Shown here: positions 28,250 to 39,210 of the stretch, one piece after another
Position numbering within the stretch: the first letter of the stretch is position 1
Layout: the number at the start of each line of letters is the position of its first letter
Origin: Octopus sinensis
Lineage: Eukaryota
DNA: 64,000 bases
Reading direction: 5' to 3'
Assembly (NCBI RefSeq): GCF_006345805.1
Contig: NC_043024.1
Span: forward strand, 1,488,001 to 1,552,000
Made by a program: the position numbers and the translations under genes
The notes under the pieces: model-generated
Seen by the model: only the letters and a program-made list of their open reading frames with translations
Told to the model about the DNA's origin: nothing
Databases searched by the model: none

Positions 28250-29020
28250 TACTTGCAAGACAAATCCCTCATTGGGGGAGGTGGCTTTATGCCAGGGATG
28301 AGAAGTTAAATTATGATAGAGTTAGGAACAGGTGTCTTGGTGTAGAGGAGGCACATGGCTATCCTATCTGGAAAAGAAAGATGATAGCGATGGATTGTTA
28401 GGGCATTCCCTCAACTTAGAGGGAAGTGACTATAAGAGAAGGGAAACAGGGGATCAGACAGTTTGAATGGGTGGCTAAGTTCACGATTATAGAAGAGGAG
28501 AACAACAGATGGATAGAGATAAGGGGGAGAAAGGCATGCAGTGAAGGAGGAACATTGATGGGAGGTGGTAGTAAATGATGAATATCAATTGGGATAGGGG
28601 AGGAAATAAAAGTGGGTCAAGGGGGTAAAAGGTGGCAGCACAGGCTATGTGAAGTATGTAAAGTGTGAAAGAGATGTACAAGTGCCAGGAATGAGGTCAG
28701 AGGTAAATAGGGGTGGAAATAGTGAGAGATTGACAGATATTGGGGCTGCCCTTGGCAGAATGTAATGTACAAGGGAAAGTGGGGGAAGTGAAAGGTGCAT
28801 TCAGTGGAGGGGGGGAATAAGGTGGTAAAGAATGATATTGAGAATATGGGTGACAAAAGGAAGTGGTCCCAGGAGGGATTATGACTGGCAGCATAAAAGG
28901 GGAAATGAAATATGTGCCACTCTGCTCTTTGCTGAGTGAATAGTGAATAGTGCCATAGTCAGTAGAATAATGGAAGGGTAGGAGGATGAGTTGTGGGGAG
29001 ACTCAGCAGGGTTAGATTTG
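28250..29020 (-). mobile_element. CR1-type LINE remnant
   Basis: Decayed similarity to the CR1 ORF2 C-terminus on the minus strand. Confidence 0.45.
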
Positions 29021-29514
29021 GTGCTGGTAAAATAAAAAGGTAAAGTTACCTTCTTGAGTCATGCTGACTCATAAGGGCCAGTTTCCCAGTTTCATGGTGT
29101 ATATATTCTGCATCTGGATACAATGCTGGTCTGTCTCATGATTACTCACTTTTGCTAACTGAGTGGACTGGAGCAATTTGAAATGAAGTGTTTTGCTCAA
29201 GAATGCAACACATCACCTGGCCCAGGAATTGAAACTACAATCTTATGATCATGAGTCTAATACCCTAACTACTAAGCTATGTGCCCCCACTAGATTGGGT
29301 GTAGGGGCATTGACATAAAAGATATGATTTTAGGGCCTCGTTTTTGCTGGTGAGGTCAGGTCCTCTCAAGTATAGCAAATCACCAATCTTAGCCCTATGT
29401 CAACTCTTCTGTGAAGGTCATACTTCATGTAAATATATATATACCTATATATGTTTTTGTATGCATATATAACTATACATACATACATATATATGGCAGC
29501 TTTTGTTATCTAGA

Positions 29515-29940
29515 AGATGTAAGAGCACCATCCAAGTGTGATCATTGCCTGAGCAGCTGACTGGCTTCTCTGCTGGTGGCACGTAAAAAGGCACCATTCG
29601 AGTGTGATCATTACCAGCGTCGCCTCACTGGCACAATAAAAAACATTCGAGCGAGGTCGTTGCCAGTGCCGCTGGACTGGCTCCTTTGCAGGTGGCATGT
29701 AAAAAACACCATTTGAGCGTGGCTGTTGGCAAAACCACCTGACTGGCCCTCGTGCTGGTGGCATGTAAAAGCACCGACTACACTCTCGGAGTGGTTGGTG
29801 TTAGGAAAGGGTTCCAACTGTTGAAACTCTGCCAGATCAGATTGGAGCCTGGTGCAACCATCTGGTTCGCCAGTCCTAGGTCAAAATCGTCCAACCCATG
29901 CCAGCATGGAAAGCAGATGTTAAATGATGATGATGATGTA
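29515..29940 (+). mobile_element. SINE family C
   Basis: Reverse complement of 541-900, ending gatgatgatgat. Confidence 0.8.
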
Positions 29941-29999
29941 ATTAGCAAGTGAGGTGGTTGCTCTGAAAGTATAGTAGCTAGATAGAAAGTTCAGTGAGC

Positions 30000-30420
30000 T
30001 ATTGCCACTGCTTGCAACAAAGATCTTTTCTCTAAGACTGCATGATGCTTGCATTGGAACTGTAGTGCTGCATGGTAATGAGACATGGGCCTTGAATGCA
30101 GAGGACTTGCAAAGATCGGAAAGAAATGAAGTGAGCATGCTCCCTTGGATGTGCAGTGTGAGTTTGCTTCAGATGATTAGTGCAAAAATGCTGACTAAAA
30201 AACTGAGCCTAAGAGGAATCAGATGTGTTAAAGAAAGAAAACTGTGCTGGTGTGGACACGTGATGCATATGGATGAGGGCAGCTGTGTAAAGAAGTGCCA
30301 ATTGCTAAATGTGGATGGAACTTGCAGAAGAGGGAGACCCAGGAAGACATGGGATGATGTTGTGGAAGTCGACCTCTGCACCTGAGCCTCACAGGAGAGA
30401 TGACTAGGGACCAGGATCTC
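30000..30420 (+). mobile_element. RTE-clade LINE 3' fragment
   Basis: LHGNETWALNAEDLQR...WCGHVMHM...GRPRKTWDDVV. Confidence 0.85.
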
Positions 30421-30455
30421 TGGTGATATGAAGTTCTCAAAATAACCTGCCCTTG

Positions 30456-30529
<74 letters not shown>

Positions 30530-30939
30530 CACATTCATATATACATATACATACATGTATATATATATATATGCACACACACGTTTATACATACACCTAT
30601 ATACATATATATGTGTGTGCATGTTTATATGTATGCATGTATATATATAAATATGTCATATATATGCACATGTACACGTATATATGGATTTTATGTGTGT
30701 GACTGTGTGTGTTTTATTGTGCATGTTTGTACATATTGCATCTATCAAATTCCCTCAGAAGGCATTGTTTGCCGTGATGGTGTTGCAAAAAAATGCTGCT
30801 CAAGGGATTTTGTATTTGAGGATAATTCGAAACCATCAGGTTGCCAAATGATCTGCTTAACCACACAGCTATTGTTGGTAATAATACATATCACAAAGGC
30901 TGAATTACAATTTAATGCATTTTCATAAGTTTTTCTACA

Positions 30940-31330
30940 AAACTCAATGTACAAAACCCTGGTGACATCGATCCTTCTGTACTGGTGTGATAGCTGGACT
31001 TTTACAGCTGATATGGAGTGAAGGGTCCAGACATTTGAGTATAAGGCTGTCACACATCCTATACACAGAACACAAATTGAACTGCTTTGTCAGGCAGCAA
31101 ATCAACAAATAGTCTGGCTGAGAGGAACCACTCCTTGTGTGGGTTAAAAGGCAAAAGCCACAACTCCCTGTCCAAAACCATTCTTCAGACCACAGTTTGG
31201 TTTGGGCAAAAGTTAGGTAGAGAGAAAAAACCTGTGTCGACAAGGATTGGACAAGTCACAACATAGCAGCATTGGAAAGCATCTGGAGTGGTACCCAATG
31301 ACTGGCTGCATCAGTTAAGGGATCTTGATG
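30940..31330 (+). mobile_element. RTE-clade LINE 3' fragment
   Basis: LLYWCDSWT...HNSLSKTILQ-like peptides with stop codons. Confidence 0.6.
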
Positions 31331-31882
31331 ATGATATATTCCTATAACTTTCTAAATATGTGCACATGTGTGTAGTATATATATATTCTTGTTTCATTCA
31401 TTTGACTGTGGCTGTGCTGGAGCACCACCTTTTAGTCGTGCAAATCAACACTAGGACTTATTCTTTGCAAGCCTACCAGTTATTCTGTTGGCCACTTTTG
31501 CCAAATTGCTAAGTTATGGGGCCGTAAACTCACTGGCATTGGTTGTCAAGCTACGTTAGGGGGACAATCACAGATACACACACATACATGTATATATGAT
31601 GGGCTTCTTTCAGTTTCCGTCTACAAAATCTACTCACAAAGCTTTGGTCAGCGCGAAGCTATAGTAGAAGACACTTGCCCATGGTGCCTAATTGATAAGC
31701 ATCATCCATGGTACTGTGATTAAAGTGCAGTACTGCAGATGATGCCTGTTGATTGTTCTCTTGAGGCACACTGCTGGGGACATAGCCAAGACAACGTTTG
31801 CATACTACGTTTTAAAGCCTCTTATCTAAACTTTAATTTTAAACATAACCTCTCTCTCTGTATGTGTGTATATATATATATA

Positions 31883-32052
31883 AAGTTAATCCAAACATGA
31901 AAGCACAAAAAAAAACACAACAACGCGAGGACGTGGAACAAATAAAGTATTATTGGATGCTCAGGAAAGAAGGGAAGAAGGAGGGTTGAACTTTTCGAGT
32001 GTAGCTCTTCGTCGGAAACATAGGAGAAGGAAAGATCCAGAGAAGGGAAGAC
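31883..32052 (-). mobile_element. Short hammerhead-bearing repeat, copy 3 (truncated)
   Basis: Aligns with 19781-19930. Confidence 0.55.
31985..32019 (-). ncRNA. Minimal hammerhead-like motif, copy 3 (more decayed)
   Basis: Reverse complement: GTTT-CCGACGA-A-GAG(CTACA)CTC-GAAA-AG-TT-CAAC. Confidence 0.4.
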
Positions 32053-32079
32053 ATATATATATATATATATATAAGTGTA

Positions 32080-32390
32080 AAGACCCCCTTTGGTTATGAA
32101 CAGCCATGGATTGCACCTAGAAAATTACCCTCTGAGGCACAAGTCTGAACAAGGTTGTTTATAGAAGACCAGCAGTCGCCCACGCATACCAGCCTCCCCT
32201 CTCTATGCCAATAATGTTATTCAAGAGAAAAGCAAAGGCCTGTACAGCTTGGCACCGGTGATGTCACAACTCATTTCTACAACTGAGTAATCTGGAGCAA
32301 CATGAAATAAAGTGCCTTGCTCAAGAACATAACACAGAACCAGGTCCAGGAATCGAACTCACTACCCCATGATTGTGAACCTGATGCTAT
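32080..32390 (+). mobile_element. SINE-like repeat family E
   Basis: aagaccagcagtcgcccacgca...gagcaacatgaaataaagtgccttgctcaag. A diverged copy lies at 7960-8100. Confidence 0.6.
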
Positions 32391-32759
32391 ATATATAATC
32401 ACTATTAACCAGACTATCAGGTGTTGTTAAACACTGCTGGGTCATAATATTGCTTCCAATTTGTACCATTGTTTTTTTCCATCTTGTATCAAATTGCTTA
32501 AATAACCCATCTTCGTTATGTGATGGCAGCTTTCTGAGTGGCTTTTTCCAATCCCTTGGAAGCCACTTAGCAACAGCATGGGTCCACTTGTTGCCTGTGA
32601 GAAACCCCAGTAGAACCTCAATTCTCTTACCTGATAAAAATGGCCTCAGGAAGAGCATCTGACTATCAAAAAAATCTTCCTCAAATAACCTCCCGTCTAA
32701 GGTATGCTGACAATGGGAATGATACATTCATACATACGCTTCTCGTTCATGTATGTATA

Positions 32760-33150
32760 CTCTTTTACTTGTTTCAGTCATTTGACTGCGGCCATGCTGG
32801 AGCACCGCCTTTAATCGAGCAACTCGACTCCGGGACTTATTCTTTTGTAAGTCCAGTACTTATTCTATCGGTCTCTTTTGCCGAACCGCCAAGCAACGGG
32901 GACACAAACACATCAGCATCGATTGTCAAGCAATGCTAGGGAGACAAACACAAACATACACGCACACACACATACATATATACGACAGGCTTCTTTCAGT
33001 TTCCGTCTACCAAATCCACTCACAAGGCTTTGGTCAGCCCGAGGCTATAGTAGAAGACACTTGCCCAAGATGTCACGCAGTGGGACTGAACCTGGAACTA
33101 TGTGGTTGGTAAACAAGCTACTTGCCACACAGCCACTCCTACGCCTATAT
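32760..33150 (-). mobile_element. SINE family A, full length
   Basis: Near-identical to 1-352. Confidence 0.85.
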
Positions 33151-33174
33151 ATATATATATTAAAAAAAATTTTT

Positions 33175-33400
33175 TTTTCCTACCCACAAGGGGCTAAACA
33201 CAGAGAGGACAAACAAGGACAGACAAACGGATTAAGTCAATTATATCGACCCCAGTGCGTAACTGGTACTTATTTAATCGACCCCAAAAGGATGAAAGGC
33301 AAAGTCGACCTTGGCGGAATTTGAACTCACAACATAACGGCAGACGAAATATGGCTACACATTTTGCCCGACGTGCTAACGTTTCTGCCAGCTCGCCTTA
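33175..33400 (-). mobile_element. tRNA-derived SINE family B
   Basis: B-box gagttcaaattcc followed by gtcgactttgcctttcatcctttcggggtcga. Copies at 9828, 36846, 56795, 60540, 61866, 62100 and 62325. Confidence 0.8.
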
Positions 33401-33829
33401 TAGTGTGTGTGTGTGTGTGTATATAAAAATATGTGTGTGTGTGTGTGTGTATATAAAAATGTGTGTGTGTGTGTATATAAAAATATGTGTATGTATGTAT
33501 ATGTTTCACAGTTATAAGATTGTGAGTTCCATTTCCCTGTGGCACATTGCTTCAGCTGGCAAAAATGAGTAGAATCTGTATTTGAAAGGGCCAGCCTTTT
33601 CCCATTCAGTGTCATGCTGAATCTCCTTCAAAACTATGTTAAGGGTGCATGTATCTGTGGAGTGCTCAGCCCCTTACACCTTAATTTCACAAGCAGGCAG
33701 TTCTTCTGTTGATTGGATCAGCTGGAACTCGTAACTGTTGTTGTGCCAGTTGTATTGTACATTAAAAGTAAAATCGATGGTGTTAATCTCTTCAAAATGC
33801 AAAAACTTTTCTGTGTATATATATGTGTA

Positions 33830-33867
33830 TCTTTCTGTCGAAGAGCGTAGGCTCGAAATGTAAAAGA
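33830..33867 (+). ncRNA. Minimal hammerhead-like motif (A6U core variant)
   Basis: TCTTT-CTGTCGA-A-GAG(CGTAGG)CTC-GAAA-TG-TA-AAAGA. Stem I is TCTTT/AAAGA. Confidence 0.55.
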
Positions 33868-33989
33868 CTTGGTCTATTTCTATTCCTGAGCGCCATACTA
33901 ATACATTTGTTTGTTTGTACTCCACCTGTCTTCGTCTTTTGTTTATTTTCGTAAACCTTCCCGTTTATTTATATATATATATATATATA

Positions 33990-34144
33990 CTTTATTTAAA
34001 GCAGCAGAAAATTCAACAAAACCTGTTACTCTGAGTTTGCCGTTCGTCAGTTTTTGTTAGATTCTAGCAAAAACTGTCCGACGAACGGCAACTGGAAACT
34101 CAGAGTAACAGATTTTGTTGAATTTTCTGCTGCTTTAAATAAAG
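33990..34144. repeat. 155-nt inverted repeat (hairpin)
   Basis: Arms pair almost perfectly, apart from two bulges on the right arm. Confidence 0.9.
34074..34111 (+). ncRNA. Type I hammerhead-like motif (U4C core variant)
   Basis: CTGT-CCGACGA-A-CGG(CAA)CTG-GAAA-CTC-A-GAG-TA-ACAG. Stems I, II and III all pair. Confidence 0.55.
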
Positions 34145-34270
34145 CATATTACTCTATCACTGGTATTTGAGTACTCTTTTTTCCACCTTGTTTCACATTT
34201 ATGTGTTTACTCCGGTATATATATATATATTTATGTGCATATATGTGATGTATTGTGTTTATTTTTGCAG

Positions 34271-34364
34271 GACACCATTCCAGAAAATCCCACAAATTGC
34301 TGGCCGTGATGTTGACCTTTACCTGCTGTATCGCCGTGTTATCTCTTTTGGAGGGTGGCAAAAG
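34271..34364 (+). CDS. ARID2: ARID2 coding exon 2 (TPFQKIPQIAGRDVDLYLLYRRVISFGGWQK)
   Basis: tttttgcag acceptor and AAG|gtaag donor, 94 nt. Typical ARID motif (P..G...LDL..LY..V...GG..KV). Confidence 0.93.
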
Positions 34365-35366
34365 GTAAGATCACTCAGCTTTGTTATTATTTGCAATTAA
34401 AGCATTTCATCTCTTGAACTTCTATCAACATCTTTACCATCGCCGTTATCATCTTCTTTGGTCGTTATTTTCCAATGAAGGTGTCTCCAAGCCATCTTGA
34501 ATGAGATCCTGTCTTAAAAATGGAAGGACATTAGACAGCGTAACCCTATATGTACAAAACCCCTTGAATCTCACAGCTGGAAGGCCTTTAATCATGGCAG
34601 TACATGATCTGGTTCTCAGTAACAACAATCCACTCCCATTTTTTAATATTTTAATCTTTTCATTGAAATATTTCTGTTGAAAATAAAGAATTTGGTAATG
34701 TAACATTGTCATTATGAAGCTGGTGTTTGGAATGTATATCACCATGAAATTTTGAATGGTTTTCATTTAGATATTTTAAGCAGTCAGTTTTTATCACAGG
34801 ACTACCCTAGTCTCGGGCAGGTTGGTGTGAAGTGGGTTAATCTTTTGTAAATTTATCTATGCCACTGCCTTCTACACATGATTGGCCTTTTGTTTGTGCT
34901 CATATATGTGTACATACATACATACATGCACACACCCATACATACTAATTATGGTGATAATTAGAAAATTAAAAAGGTGATCACTTTAGTAGCTCTTCAT
35001 GCAAGAACCTGGCTAGCAAAGTGCTCAAACAGTGGTGTAAAAATTACAGCTTTTAATCAGCTAAAGAATGATTATTCATTAGCTAGTTAATAGTGGAACA
35101 CTGCAAATCCTTGGCTTGTATAACAAATAAATTTATTATAATCTTTGCAGTGTAAATATCAATAATTGTATGTATTATAAAATAAATGTTTGTTTATGGA
35201 AATATATGTAAGTTTATCTCAACTTCCCCATTCCTTCATTAAAATTACACATACATACACACACACACCATACACTGTTCAAGGATTGAGGATCTGAAAT
35301 TTGGAGTAACAGATAAGTTTTTCAGATTCCAAGAAATATGATAGTAGTTTGCGTCTTGCTTTAAGT

Positions 35367-35530
35367 CAGTGGTTTTCAACCACACTAGTACAGTCCTGGG
35401 GTTCCACAAGAAGTTACAGAACTGCTAAAATCGGCAGTAATTTTTAAATCTCCTGTGCAGATATGTGTGCATAAGACTATTAAATTATTGCACAGGGGTT
35501 CCGCTCCAGCAAAAAGTTTGAAAAACACTA
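35367..35530. mobile_element. hAT-type MITE
   Basis: TIRs CAGTGGTTTTCAA / TTGAAAAACACTA with a perfect 8-bp TSD CTTTAAGT. Confidence 0.85.
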
Positions 35531-36428
35531 CTTTAAGTACTTGTTTTTCTTCTTGTCTAAACCAAATGTGTTTGTTCTATAACACACACACACTATGGAA
35601 GTTGATATGAATGTTTAACTTTTTGAATGTGTTAAATGTTCTTTTCTTTCATTTGTACAAACATTTGTGTTGTGTGTGTGTGTGTGTATCTGGCTGAGCA
35701 CATCAACAGTAATTAGTGGTGAATGGATTTTGTTGGTTGAAAAGATGGAAATGCTCACAGTTCTACCTTCCGAGCATCCTGCGCACATGATGTTGGTGTT
35801 CCTAAAAGTTTTAGTTGAACATATCAGTTCCATTTGTTATTTTCATTTTGGAGCTTTATTGAGACAAAGAGATGCAACCTCAACACACAAATAAACATAG
35901 ACAAATATTTTGGTAGAGAAGCGAATCACATGACAAGCGTTTGCATTCATTGGTCAGTCCACACACACACACACACACACATGCATTGGGATGTAATGAT
36001 TGGACACAGCTGTTGGAATACTGACAATGTGGCATGGCTGACTGGACATGCAACCTGTTTTGGTGATGTTTTGGTATTGGAGGCAAGCACACACTTGCAC
36101 ATGTGTGTGGAAATAGACATAGAGAGAGTGAGAGAGAGAGTGAGTGTCATTACAATTTATTAATGAACACGACTGGAATGAGCACTTTCCCTCTTCTCAT
36201 ACACATATACTCACTTGCATAAACATTGCTGGAGAGAATGAAATATTCAAACATCTGATGTCAAATCAGCAATGCCAAAGTGGCTGTCTTGTACAGTATG
36301 TGTATATATATATATATATTTAAAATTGAATAAGGGTAGAAATTGATATTAATCAATTAAAACCAGTGGCCCAGCATATTAAAAAAAATCCAAAGATTAA
36401 AATAATCTTACATACAAAATTTAAATTT

Positions 36429-36470
<42 letters not shown>

Positions 36471-36641
36471 TAGGTGAATGAATTATCCTATGTTTATCGT
36501 CAGCATGGAAAATTCGTTGAACCGAAACCTGGGTAGCAAATTCACGTCAGAAAACACGGTTGAAGCGACCTGTAAAGGGTAGAAACTCCGGGTTCATGTG
36601 TAGAAATTTGTGTGTTGTATATGAATAAATTCTTTCATTTA

Positions 36642-36679
<38 letters not shown>

Positions 36680-37319
36680 GTTCCTTCTAGCATGTAATGT
36701 GACCTGTTAAGGCACACCCCTTTTTCATGTTTAAATGTACAGTAATTTTATATGAAAAATATGTCTATCAACTTTGTTTACATGCTAGGCCACTGGTAGG
36801 AAAAATATCTATAATTTTTCCTACACTATATTATATATATATATAAAGGGGAGCTGGCAGAATTGTTAGCACTCCGGGCGAAATGCTTAGCGGTATTTCA
36901 TGCGTCTTTACATTCTGAGTTCAAATTCTGCTGGCGTCAAATTTTGCCTTGTATCCTTTTGGGGTTGATAAATTAAGTACCAGTTGCGTACTGGGGCCGA
37001 TCTAATCAACTGGCCCCCTCCCCCCAAATTTCAGGCTTTGTGCCTAGAGTAGAAAAGAATATATATATATATATTTAGTTATTTATTTATTGTCACAATA
37101 TATGGATCCAAGTAATCTGGTGGTACTCGTAAGAAAAATGTATCATTCTACAAAACATTTAGAATGCATAGAAGAGAAAACGAGATGGAGTGTATAAAGT
37201 CATAAAGGATAGAGAAATAGTTTGATGAAATTTTATTTAACAATAAGAAAATTCAAATATCATGACAAATTGTTTTATAGCTTAAAAACATGTGAATAAT
37301 TTATATTATTATAGTTAAT

Positions 37320-37710
37320 AACTAGCAGTATCGCCCGGCGTTGCTTGGGTTTGTTTCGACCCTTTAGAATTGGAATTTTTGAAAAGTAAAAGTTTTGCAT
37401 TATGTAGCTTGTTATATTCTCTTTAAGTGAACATTTTTCTGGTTGAAATACACCGAAAAATGGCGATACAGCAGTAAAAAAAAAATCATCAAAAAATAGG
37501 GATTTTCATAGAAAAAAAGCACCTTTTTGATGTAAATAATTTTTGGTGTTAACATGGTCTGATTTGAATTTTACGGAATGAAGAGCAAGCCTTCTTCTAT
37601 CATACTCTCGATTTTGGTCAACTTGCGCCACAGGGTCTCGGAGGAGATAGTGTTACTTGAAGGCTACCAAACCTGCCACACACAGACAACTTCAGCTTTA
37701 GATATATAGT
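37320..37710 (+). mobile_element. Non-autonomous Helitron/Helentron-like element
   Basis: Starts ACTAGCAGTATCGCCCGGCGTTGC and ends cagctttagatatatag, as typical of invertebrate DINE/Lep1-like elements. Confidence 0.55.
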
Positions 37711-38759
37711 GATAAATAAATTATTTACATGTCTGCATTAATGCAAAATGTCAAAAATCTTTTTGAAATTCTGCAGAATTGAAGCTTCGTCCTCAGGTGA
37801 AAGAAAGTCTGTAAATGCTGACATGTAATTTATTTGATAAAATAGGTTTGATCAAATGTAGGTGTTATGTTGAAGCAGGGCTGTGTGGTTCAAAGGCTTG
37901 CTTCCTCACCATGTGGTCTCAAGTTCAGTCCCACTGTGTGGCTTGTGAATGGATATGGTAGATGGAAACTGAAAGAAGCCCATTGTATATATATATATGT
38001 ACATTTGTTTGTACCTTTGCCTTGATATCAAGGGATCATTGTAAATGAGCATTATTTGTCATAGAAGCAGTGTTGTTCATTTCCTTTGGGGAAACCTGTC
38101 CGGCCATGGAAAGATATTATTTTGCTTGGAAGCATGAGAGTTGGTGACAGGAAGAGCATGCAGCTGTAGAATATCTGCTTCAGTAAATCTCCTCTCACCC
38201 ATGCAAACATGGGAAAGTGGACGTTAAATGATGATAGTGAATGTACTTGTTTTTTTTGTTTGTTTTTTTCCTTCTTGGTCATATGGATGGAATTGGAAAA
38301 TGGTAGATTTGTGAGTAGAATGGTTATCTATGTGATCACATGTTACTCTGTGGAAGATACACTGTCTCGATAAAGTCCCATTGGTAATAGATGTGCTGTG
38401 CTTGGCGCAAACAAGCTGTTTCTCTAACAACTCAGCACTGTTCCAGTTGGATGACTGTAACAACTAAACATGCATTCATTGTAAGATGGTCCTCAAAGCT
38501 GACAGCTACAGAAAGCTTATGGTCCAATGGAAGAGCCTCTCCGCTTCATAACAAGTTGTAAGATAACAGTGAAATCGTCCTCAGGCCACTTCTCTGCTCA
38601 TAAAATAAGGAACTCGTTGGCCATTGTAGGCTGAATGTAACTTTGTTCTGCTATTGTTGTAATCCAAATTGCCTTATAGACATCAACGTTGGGTAATGAC
38701 CGAATGGATATGATCATGAATGCAAGTGGCCAAAATTGGATTCCTCTGAAGGGTCTCTG

Positions 38760-39210
38760 GAATAATGTTATTTTACGGGTGCATGGCTTAGAGATAGGGA
38801 GTCCCTCCGGGTTGAGCCAATACTTCTCTGCATTGGGAAGTCACAGCTCAGGTATTACGGCCATTGCTTGCTATTATATGGCAATGAAACATAGACACTG
38901 ATAAAGAAATTACCAAACAGGCTAAATGGATGCTAAATGTGAAATGGCAGCAGCATATAACAAATGAATGCTTTTATGGAGACCTGCTGAAAGTTAGCGA
39001 AGAAGATAGGCAAAGACAGCTGTGACTATCTCGTCATTGCATGTGCAACCCTGAACTGGAAACATCGAAATTAGCCTTGTGGCACTCGCTTTGATGATGT
39101 TTGTAAGAAGAAAACGTCACACACCAATAACTTGATTGCAGACAGTAGCCTAGTATGTAGCCAGGGTCTTGAGGCAGTGATGATGAACTGAGAAGTGGGG
39201 CGGGTGGACT
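38760..39210 (+). mobile_element. RTE-clade LINE 3' fragment
   Basis: MLNVKWQQHITNECFYGDLLKVSEE-like peptide. Confidence 0.6.
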
